Assembly (NCBI GenBank): GCA_017511945.1 | Contig: JAFWHR010000001.1 | Coordinates: forward strand, 16,654 to 80,653 | Length of the DNA stretch: 64,000 nucleotides | Origin: Bacilli bacterium | GTDB taxonomy: Bacteria > Bacillota_I > Bacilli_A > RF39 > UBA660 | Direction: 5' to 3' | Made by a program: the position numbers and the translations under genes | Notes under the pieces: model-generated | Told to the model about the DNA's origin: nothing | Seen by the model: only the letters and a program-made list of their open reading frames with translations | The model's database searches: none | Part shown: in pieces, positions 56,750 to 64,000 of the stretch | How positions within the stretch are numbered: the stretch's first letter is position 1 | How the letters are laid out: each line of letters starts with the position of its first letter

Positions 56750-59700
56750 TTATTCTACACTTTTTAAAGATTCTATTAAATCTATTTTCTTTAAAGTAAA
56801 ATGCACACCAATACTTACAATTAATGAAAATAAAATCATAAATCCAAAAGTTTGCAGATAACTATCTAAATGAATACCTTTTATATACTTCATTGTGTTT
56901 ATTTCTATTGAATCTATCAGACTGTATGTAAATATAGTTCCCACAACTAAACCTACTATTATTCCTAGAATAGTTATTATTAATTCCTCCTTCATGATAT
57001 AATTATCTACTTCTTTATCATAATAACCTAAAACTTTTAACGTAGCTATTTCCCTTTGTCTTTCACTTATATTAATATAAGCTAAACTGTATAGTACTAC
57101 AAATGATAATGCTCCTGAAAATATTACTAAAACATAAACAATAATATTTAATGATTTAAATAGAGTATTAGCTTGCTGTTTGGCAGTTGATATTAAAATT
57201 GTGCTTAATATATGTGGATTTTTACTTTTTATATTATTAATTATCTCTTCTTCCTTATTTATGTCTTTAAATTTTAAATACTGTGTATTTATACTATATT
57301 CACCTATATAATTTTTATATGTCTCCTTCGTCATATATATATAGTCTCCAATATAGTTTTCACAAATATTTGAAATTGTAAATTCATAAGTTAAGTTATT
57401 GCTTTCCAATATTTTAATTTTATCTCCAACTTTTTTATTAAAATATTTAGCTAATTTTTCTGTAACAATTACAGAGTTTTCTTTTAAACTTATTTCTTCT
57501 TTAGTTTCAGCATCTTTAAACGTTAAAACTTTTTTAAATTCTTCATTATTATCTGGAATTATAAAAGATAATCTTTTATTCTCTACTTCAACTTGATCTA
57601 TTTTTGCATATACATTAAAATCTAAAGGCTCACTATTAGTATAAAGATCTAAATCTTGAGCATTCAATTTTCCATCCAAAGATATTAAAGCATCATTATG
57701 ATTTATTTCATTATATTGTTTATCTACAACATATGATATTGAATCTTTAATTCCATATCCTGCAAGCAAAATCATTGTACAAGATGCTATTCCAAATATT
57801 GACATTAATATTCTTCTTTTATATCTAAATATATTTCTAATTGTTAATTTATTAGAATATTTTATTCTATCCCATAAAAGTGATACTCTTTCCAAAAAGA
57901 TTTTTTTACCAATTGGTGGTGCTATTGGTCTTAATAATGATGTTGTCTTCTCTCTCACTAAATTATTAATCGTAATTATAGTTGAACCTACTATACATAA
58001 TATACTTATCAATATTCCAATAACTATAGGAAAAAAATCTGTACTATATACTGTTACTGGAATATTATGCATTATTTTAAATACTCTAATTATTATATCA
58101 GGAATTAAAGTATAACCTCCAATCGCACCTATAATTCCACCAATTAATGTTGCTAATAATGAATAAATGATAAACTTAAGTCTTACATCATGATTACTAA
58201 AACCTAATGCTTTCAAAGTACCTATTTCACTTCTGTCTTCAATAGCCATCCTTGCCATTGAAAGAAGACTTATCAAAATTGATACTAGGAAAAATATTAC
58301 AGGAAACAAATTGGAAAGTTTATCAACACTATTATAACTACTTACATATGTTATATACTCATTATTATCCTCTCTAGTTTGTATAAACCAAATCGGTTTT
58401 TCTATTTTATCTATCCTTTCTTTCGCTAAAAAAATCTCTTCCATTACTTTTTTCTTATTTTCTTCAAATTCCTTTACACCCTTATAATACTGTTCTGAAT
58501 TTAAATTGTATTCATTTAGACCAATATTATACTTTTTAATTCCTAAGTTATAGTCCCTAATTCCTGAATTGTATTTAATCATTCCATTTTGATATTGTTT
58601 ATATGCTTTATTTAATTCTTCTTCATTTTCATTTATCAATCTTGAATTATCATAAAACTGTCTATAACCATTTTCAATATCTCTAACTGCTGAAAAGAGT
58701 TTCTTAACTTCCTCTTTTTTATTTGAAAAACTCTCTAAATATGACCTAATTTCATTATAATATGCAAAATTTGTTGGAATACTTTCTCTAATTAAAATAA
58801 TAAATTTTTCATCTAAAATTAATTCTTTTAATTGATTTATTGTTACAACATCTAATATTTCATTTAATTTTAAATCCACCTTTTCAAGTAATTCTTTTTC
58901 ATTTATTCCGTATTTATTAAACATTTCTTCCAAATTTATACCATAGACACTTGCTATAGATTTTATATTAACTAAACTACTTTCTATAGTTTCTTTTATA
59001 TTTATCTCATCATTAAAAAGCTTAATAATATCATTAACAGAAAAAGATGAACTATCATATTTATTTACAAATTGTGATAATTTGTCATAAGTAATATTAT
59101 AATCTCCTATTTCATTTAATTTATTTTCTATTTCTTTTTTTCCATCATTTAATTTTTGACTAACCCTAGTAAGTTCTTCTTTAGAATTACTTATTAATTT
59201 ATATCCGTTTTGTATTTCAATATTTGCACTATCTAATACTCGTTTTGCATTATCTAATTCTATTTTGCCATCATCCAATTTTCTTTTAGCATTTTCTAAC
59301 TCAACTTTACCATTATCTAAATCTATTTTATATTGATCTAGTTTTTTTTGAACAATATCTAATTCACTATTCGCCTTTTCAATTTTCTCTTTTAATTCAC
59401 TATTTGCCTCATTAAGCACTTTAGTATATCTTTCAGTTTGCCTTTTTTCTTTTATCCCGTCAATTGTTTTAACATCATTTTTAATTTTTTCTAGATAATC
59501 ATCCTTCGTTGTTGTATATTTTGTAGCCTCATTATCTATCACATATATTTCTGTATAATAATTTAAATTAAATAATTCTTTAGAAACATAGGAATAGTAT
59601 GCTACTTGACCATTTCCTAAACTTGTGTTCCCCCTACTTTGTGTAGCTTGATGATTATTTAAATACTCAGGACTTCTGACAATTCCCACAACTATTAATT

Positions 59701-60190
59701 CATCAGTTTTTAATGATTTATCATCACTTTCTAACTCTAACTTTATCTTACTACCAATTTCATAATCTGTTTTATAATCAATTCCCTCTTCTACTACAAT
59801 TTCATTATAATTTTCTGGCATTCTACCTTTAATAAGTAAAATATTGTTAATATCTTTATTTATTTCATGCATCCTCAAAACGGCTTTATGCTTTCCATCA
59901 TTAAAAATAGCATCTTTAGTATGTGAACCCAATACTGTGTATTGACTATTTAATTTTTGAATTTCTTCTACATCCTCATCTTCTAGTCCAAGAGTTGAAA
60001 TAACTTTCAAATCATACATTTTATTATCATCATAGTATTTGTTTAATGATTCTAACATCGTAGGTCCTGACATTTTCATTCCTACAAAAAATGAGACTCC
60101 TAAAACACTCAGAATGCATAATGAAAAAAATCTCTTTTTCGATTTTTTTATTTCTCTTAGACTCATAGTTACTATTCTATTCTTCTTCAT
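56750..60190 (-). CDS. ABC transporter permease, giant duplicated FtsX-like (MacB-type) with long coiled-coil ectodomain
   Basis: 1146 aa. N-terminal and C-terminal FtsX-type 4-TM modules (C-terminal …LKKIDLIESLKSVE). Between them is a roughly 500-aa extracytoplasmic region containing a coiled coil with tandem DNGKVELENAKRKLDDGKIELDNAKRVL repeats. Confidence 0.75.
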   Translation of the reverse strand: MKKNRIVTMSLREIKKSKKRFFSLCILSVLGVSFFVGMKMSGPTMLESLNKYYDDNKMYDLKVISTLGLEDEDVEEIQKLNSQYTVLGSHTKDAIFNDGKHKAVLRMHEINKDINNILLIKGRMPENYNEIVVEEGIDYKTDYEIGSKIKLELESDDKSLKTDELIVVGIVRSPEYLNNHQATQSRGNTSLGNGQVAYYSYVSKELFNLNYYTEIYVIDNEATKYTTTKDDYLEKIKNDVKTIDGIKEKRQTERYTKVLNEANSELKEKIEKANSELDIVQKKLDQYKIDLDNGKVELENAKRKLDDGKIELDNAKRVLDSANIEIQNGYKLISNSKEELTRVSQKLNDGKKEIENKLNEIGDYNITYDKLSQFVNKYDSSSFSVNDIIKLFNDEINIKETIESSLVNIKSIASVYGINLEEMFNKYGINEKELLEKVDLKLNEILDVVTINQLKELILDEKFIILIRESIPTNFAYYNEIRSYLESFSNKKEEVKKLFSAVRDIENGYRQFYDNSRLINENEEELNKAYKQYQNGMIKYNSGIRDYNLGIKKYNIGLNEYNLNSEQYYKGVKEFEENKKKVMEEIFLAKERIDKIEKPIWFIQTREDNNEYITYVSSYNSVDKLSNLFPVIFFLVSILISLLSMARMAIEDRSEIGTLKALGFSNHDVRLKFIIYSLLATLIGGIIGAIGGYTLIPDIIIRVFKIMHNIPVTVYSTDFFPIVIGILISILCIVGSTIITINNLVREKTTSLLRPIAPPIGKKIFLERVSLLWDRIKYSNKLTIRNIFRYKRRILMSIFGIASCTMILLAGYGIKDSISYVVDKQYNEINHNDALISLDGKLNAQDLDLYTNSEPLDFNVYAKIDQVEVENKRLSFIIPDNNEEFKKVLTFKDAETKEEISLKENSVIVTEKLAKYFNKKVGDKIKILESNNLTYEFTISNICENYIGDYIYMTKETYKNYIGEYSINTQYLKFKDINKEEEIINNIKSKNPHILSTILISTAKQQANTLFKSLNIIVYVLVIFSGALSFVVLYSLAYINISERQREIATLKVLGYYDKEVDNYIMKEELIITILGIIVGLVVGTIFTYSLIDSIEINTMKYIKGIHLDSYLQTFGFMILFSLIVSIGVHFTLKKIDLIESLKSVE
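59220..59345. repeat. intragenic tandem repeat in the permease coiled-coil region
   Basis: About 39-bp units (…gcattatctaattctattttgccatcatccaatttt… / …gcattttctaactcaactttaccattatctaaatct…). Confidence 0.6.
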
Positions 60191-60215
60191 ATTTTATTAA
60201 CCCATTTCCCTTTTT

Positions 60216-60917
60216 TTACCACTCAATTCCTTTTACACTAATTGGATTTTTATTTATTATTACATCTTCTGCTTTGCCATTTCTAAACTTTATTACTCTA
60301 TCTGCCATAGGTGCCACCGCACTATTATGAGTTATTATGATAGTTGTTATTTTTTCTTTCCTGCAAGTTTTTTCTAACAATTCTAGTATCTGTTTACCAG
60401 TTTTATAATCTAATGCTCCCGTCGGTTCATCACCTAATAGTATTTTAGGCTTTCTTGCTATAGCCCTAGCAATAGATACTCTTTGCTGCTGTCCTCCTGA
60501 CATTTGTGAAGGAAAATTGTCCATTCGTTCTTCCAATCCAACTTTTTTTAAAGCTTTTTTTGCATCAAGTGGATTTTTACACATTTGAGTACCTAATTCA
60601 ATATTCTCAAGTGCAGTTAAATTTTGAACCAAATTATAAAATTGAAAAACAAAACCTATGTCATTTCTTCTATATTTAATCAGTTGTTTTTCACTAATTT
60701 TTGTAATATCTACCCCATCTACTATTACATTTCCATCAGTTACTTCATCCATTCCCCCTAATATATTTAAACAAGTAGATTTTCCAGAACCAGATTGTCC
60801 TAATATTACAACTAATTCTCCCTTTTCTATTTCAAAATTTACTTTATCTAAAGCTTTTAATTCAACTTCTCCCATTTTATAAATTTTTTCAACATTTTTA
60901 AATTCTATATAAGCCAT
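60216..60917 (-). CDS. ABC transporter ATP-binding protein (MacB/LolD-like)
   Basis: 233 aa. Walker A (GQSGSGKST), signature (MSGGQQQRVSIARA), Walker B (ILLGDEPTGALD). Confidence 0.9.
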   Translation of the reverse strand: MAYIEFKNVEKIYKMGEVELKALDKVNFEIEKGELVVILGQSGSGKSTCLNILGGMDEVTDGNVIVDGVDITKISEKQLIKYRRNDIGFVFQFYNLVQNLTALENIELGTQMCKNPLDAKKALKKVGLEERMDNFPSQMSGGQQQRVSIARAIARKPKILLGDEPTGALDYKTGKQILELLEKTCRKEKITTIIITHNSAVAPMADRVIKFRNGKAEDVIINKNPISVKGIEW

Positions 60918-60969
60918 TTTGTTCTCCTTTCAGGAGTAGTGTGTGATTAATATGTTTTATTCTATCCTA

Positions 60970-61015
60970 CTTAATTTTATCACATTTCTAATATACTTAC
61001 AATTGTTTTATCTAT
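60970..61015 (-). promoter_or_regulatory. candidate sigma-A promoter for the ABC transporter operon
   Basis: The minus strand reads TTGTAA, then 17 nt, then TAAAAT, about 60 nt upstream of the ATPase ATG, with RBS aaggag. Confidence 0.4.
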
Positions 61016-61029
61016 AATGAATAATTCTT

Positions 61030-62316
61030 TTACAATTTAATATCTTGAACTTTAATACTTTTATCATTACCTACTTGTTTAATGATATTAATTATACTAT
61101 CATTTATATCTTTAACATCTTCTTCTGAATACTTTTCCAATAAGTAATCATATATTATTTTAACTTTATTCTTATATTCAAAAATATGTGCAACAATAAC
61201 ATCAGTTCCATATGTTCCAATATTATTATCCCCATCTATTTCAAAATTAATATTCATTTTATCAGTATCTATCTGTAAATTTTGATAAGACAAAAATACA
61301 TTAGATGGAACAGGTCTATCATCATTATACTCTTTAAACAATTCGCTTCTATAGTTATAAATATAATCCATATGTTTATAGCAAGATTTTAGTAATAATC
61401 TCATTTCTCTAGTAAAATCTAAAAACGTAGCATTTGGTATTTTAACGACAAAATATGCAGCTTTTGTCACCATACCAGGAGTAAGCATTTCTTTAATATT
61501 TCTTCTATTTCTGTTTGCAGCAGATAAGAAAAAATTAGTTAAATTCGTTTTTTTATAAACATATAAAGCATATACACTCATGTAAAATGTCGAATCAGAT
61601 ATTTTGTTCATCTTGCAATAGTCTTTAACTATATTTACAATACTATCATCTATATCGAAAGTAAGCTTTTTACCATTTGTAAAAGAATATTTTTCTTTTT
61701 TAGAAGGAATATATCCAATATCTGGCACACCATTTTCAAACATTTTGTCCCAATATTTTTTATCTTGCAAGCACTTTTTACTGTAAGGATATTTTTCTTC
61801 TGACTTAATAAAATCTAGATAAGAAAAAAATATAATTTTATTTACCGTTTTACTATAGTATCCTAGTACTTCATATAATAATAGTCCCAATGTATATCCA
61901 TCTCCTATTGCGTGATTTAATTTTAAAAATATACCACCAAAACCATTATTATACCTATAAATAACTACGTGAAATAAAGGTGAATCAAACATTTCAAAAG
62001 GCTTATTTATAATATCATCTTTCAGTTTTTTAACATCATTTTCAGTATTTACATCAACTATTTCGAAATTCTGCTCCTCATAATCTTCAAAATACTGTAA
62101 TATTTTATCATCTTCTTTGCAAAGTTTTATTCTCAAATTATCACTTTTTTTAAAACAATAATTTAGTGCTTCCTTTAACCTATCAAAATCTATTTTTTGA
62201 TTTATTTTTAAATGTCCCCAAATGACATTTTTAGGTGTAAAAACAATATTTCCACTATCATCAAAATCAACTAAAACTCTAATTTGTGGCAATGTTAAGT
62301 TATATTTTTTTTTCAT
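61030..62316 (-). CDS. standalone condensation-domain / CoA-dependent acyltransferase superfamily protein
   Basis: 428 aa. An HHxxxDG-type active-site motif (LKLNHAIGDGYTL) lies about 130 aa from the N-terminus. Size and motif position resemble NRPS C domains and WS/DGAT or PapA5-type acyltransferases. Confidence 0.5.
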   Translation of the reverse strand: MKKKYNLTLPQIRVLVDFDDSGNIVFTPKNVIWGHLKINQKIDFDRLKEALNYCFKKSDNLRIKLCKEDDKILQYFEDYEEQNFEIVDVNTENDVKKLKDDIINKPFEMFDSPLFHVVIYRYNNGFGGIFLKLNHAIGDGYTLGLLLYEVLGYYSKTVNKIIFFSYLDFIKSEEKYPYSKKCLQDKKYWDKMFENGVPDIGYIPSKKEKYSFTNGKKLTFDIDDSIVNIVKDYCKMNKISDSTFYMSVYALYVYKKTNLTNFFLSAANRNRRNIKEMLTPGMVTKAAYFVVKIPNATFLDFTREMRLLLKSCYKHMDYIYNYRSELFKEYNDDRPVPSNVFLSYQNLQIDTDKMNINFEIDGDNNIGTYGTDVIVAHIFEYKNKVKIIYDYLLEKYSEEDVKDINDSIINIIKQVGNDKSIKVQDIKL

Positions 62317-62342
62317 ATATTTCTCCCACCATCACTTATTAT

Positions 62343-62393
62343 TCATGAATGACTGTAATACTGACACCACTTTTCTATATTACAAGTTTTCAT
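62343..62393 (-). CDS. possible 16-codon small ORF (MKTCNIEKWCQYYSHS) between promoter and C-domain gene
   Basis: An ATG immediately follows an extended -10 element (tgGTATAATtatt ATG) and there is no SD. The product has two Cys, one Trp and three Tyr. Highly speculative. Confidence 0.15.
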   Translation of the reverse strand: MKTCNIEKWCQYYSHS

Positions 62394-62554
62394 AATAATT
62401 ATACCACAAAATCTTATTTATATTATAAAACCACATTTTTTAGTATTAAATAAAAATATACAGTTCAAAATATAATGATATTGCACTTCATTTTATCACT
62501 TGAAAATCAAAATACTTTTCTAAAAAGGTATTTATTAAATTAATATAAACCAAT

Positions 62555-63307
62555 TTAAATAAATATTATCATAAATATATCTGCAATCAGATGACATAAT
62601 CCATGTGATATCATTGCATATCCAATACCATATTTTCTATAAAGATGCCCAAACGCTATCCCCAATCCACCATTAAATAAGAAACATCTAAAAATTATTA
62701 ATGGTGTCAATGTAGTCATAGTAGCAGTTGATGGTAAATGTCCTGCTGCAAAAAGTAATGCAGCCAAAATATTAGCAATAGCAAAAACCAAAGTAGACAT
62801 CTTGTTATTAAAGAATAATTTAGAAATAATAAACACTGTAAATGACATAAAAAATAATCTCATCATTACTTCCTCAATAATACCGCCAATAAGTATTCCA
62901 CTAATAATTTTATAAATAGTAGGTTTTAAAGTATATTGTTCATATACCCAAGTACTAAGTGACCCAAAAATTATCTTATCCCCAGGAAATAAAATTAATG
63001 CACCAACAATACTAATAATTATTGTAGGAAAAATAGCCTTTTTAGAAAGTTTAAATTCTTTCCACAGTTTAATTTTTTTTGATAATAATATACCAATACT
63101 AGCAAGTAATACCCCATATAGAAGTGCATATTGAAACATTGCAGAAATAACAACCATTTCCTTAGTTATATTATTATCTTGCATTTGTTTTAACAAATCT
63201 TTAGATAATGAATCAAAGCCATATACTCCAGTGCAGTATCCACCAAGTAATCCACCAAATAAAACTATTAATAAGAATTTCCAATTATCTTTAAAAAAAT
63301 TCTTCAT
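62555..63307 (-). CDS. CPBP family intramembrane metalloprotease (CAAX protease/Abi-like)
   Basis: 250 aa polytopic protein. Motif 1 (EEVMMRLFF), motif 2 (FAAGHL) and motif 3 (HGLCH). Confidence 0.7.
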   Translation of the reverse strand: MKNFFKDNWKFLLIVLFGGLLGGYCTGVYGFDSLSKDLLKQMQDNNITKEMVVISAMFQYALLYGVLLASIGILLSKKIKLWKEFKLSKKAIFPTIIISIVGALILFPGDKIIFGSLSTWVYEQYTLKPTIYKIISGILIGGIIEEVMMRLFFMSFTVFIISKLFFNNKMSTLVFAIANILAALLFAAGHLPSTATMTTLTPLIIFRCFLFNGGLGIAFGHLYRKYGIGYAMISHGLCHLIADIFMIIFI

Positions 63308-63930
63308 TAGTTGTTATCTCCTTTACTCATTACTTTTTTAGACCAACTTCTTTTTTTACATTTAGGACATTTTAAATATCTAGTTGTATTTAGATGGGGA
63401 GCTATCAATACCTTTAGATAAGAATTAGGTATATATCTGTGATGACAATTTTTACATTCATAATATCCTGCATCTACCTCAAGTTTTAAAGAATAAAAAC
63501 CTACCATTACTAAAATGAAAGTAGATATAACAACAATAATACCAAATAAAATACCTTCTCCTAATGTGTATGATGCAAGTAGTGTTATCCCAATGTAAAA
63601 AACAACCGTGGTAATACTTAAAACATACATATCCGTTATCATCTTTTTGTTTTTTAATTCTTCTTGTTTAGCAAGTTCAATAAGTAATTCATCCGTTTTC
63701 TTTTCATAATTTTTCATAGTTATCTTCTCACCATTCAATAGTTCATTTACATTGATTCCCAATATTTTACATAAATCTAACATCTTATCAGCATCTGGTA
63801 GAGATAAACCTCTTTCCCATTTTGACACAGCTCGATTAGTTATATGTAATTTTTCTGCTAATTGTTCTTGAGTTATATTTTTCTTTTTTCTGCAATCAGC
63901 AATAAATTTTCCAATCTTCATTACATCCAT
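63307..63930 (-). CDS. membrane-tethered XRE-family HTH regulator with C-terminal zinc ribbon
   Basis: 207 aa. N-terminal HTH_3 (ITQEQLAEKLHITNRAVSKWERG), two TM helices, and a C-terminal CxxC…CxxC (CKNCHH…CPKCKK). Its end overlaps the CPBP start (ATGA). Confidence 0.65.
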   Translation of the reverse strand: MDVMKIGKFIADCRKKKNITQEQLAEKLHITNRAVSKWERGLSLPDADKMLDLCKILGINVNELLNGEKITMKNYEKKTDELLIELAKQEELKNKKMITDMYVLSITTVVFYIGITLLASYTLGEGILFGIIVVISTFILVMVGFYSLKLEVDAGYYECKNCHHRYIPNSYLKVLIAPHLNTTRYLKCPKCKKRSWSKKVMSKGDNN

Positions 63931-64000
63931 GAACTTTCTCCTTTCATAACTTTATTATAAAATAAACCTCTTAAAAATTACACATACCAATGGTTGAGTT

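Noticed and set aside
1-64000. CRISPR arrays, rRNA operons, prophage integrase/recombinase, restriction-modification genes
   Set aside because: No regularly spaced direct repeats with unique spacers were seen. No rRNA-like conserved stretches and no tyrosine or serine recombinase ORFs were seen. The only mobile element seen is the IS3 copy.

Overview
This is a very AT-rich Firmicute chromosomal window of roughly 25% GC by eye. Most genes are on the minus strand. The window mixes conserved housekeeping and sporulation genes with several accessory islands.

**Housekeeping:** polA, polC, rnr, prmC-prfA, rpoE, a class A PBP, ftsEX, scpAB, recA, pgsA, rodZ-like, rnpB (RNase P RNA), gpsB, frr, dapA and proS. 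prfB carries its programmed +1 frameshift.

**Sporulation and cell-cycle cluster:** gerQ-lemA-yabG-veg-spoVG-yabP-yabQ-divIC. This cluster, PolC and the overall gene content point to an endospore-forming member of the Clostridia. I cannot name the species. Both aminoacyl-tRNA synthetases seen are compact, which suggests a streamlined genome.

**Accessory content:**
- one tRNA-Leu(CAA);
- an intact IS3-family element with a conserved -1 frameshift site;
- two Fic-domain proteins: one canonical class III, and one with a degenerate active-site motif in a small island between polA and polC;
- a two-component system followed by a beta-helix adhesin-like protein;
- a proline-rich protein containing a perfect 36-bp tandem repeat array.

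**Best candidate for an undescribed system (56750-63930):** a membrane-tethered XRE regulator with a zinc ribbon, a CPBP intramembrane protease, a possible 16-codon Cys-containing ORF, a standalone condensation-domain acyltransferase, and a MacB-type ABC ATPase with a giant coiled-coil FtsX permease.

No CRISPR array, rRNA or prophage integrase was seen. All calls rest on motif and synteny recognition by eye; no database search was possible.
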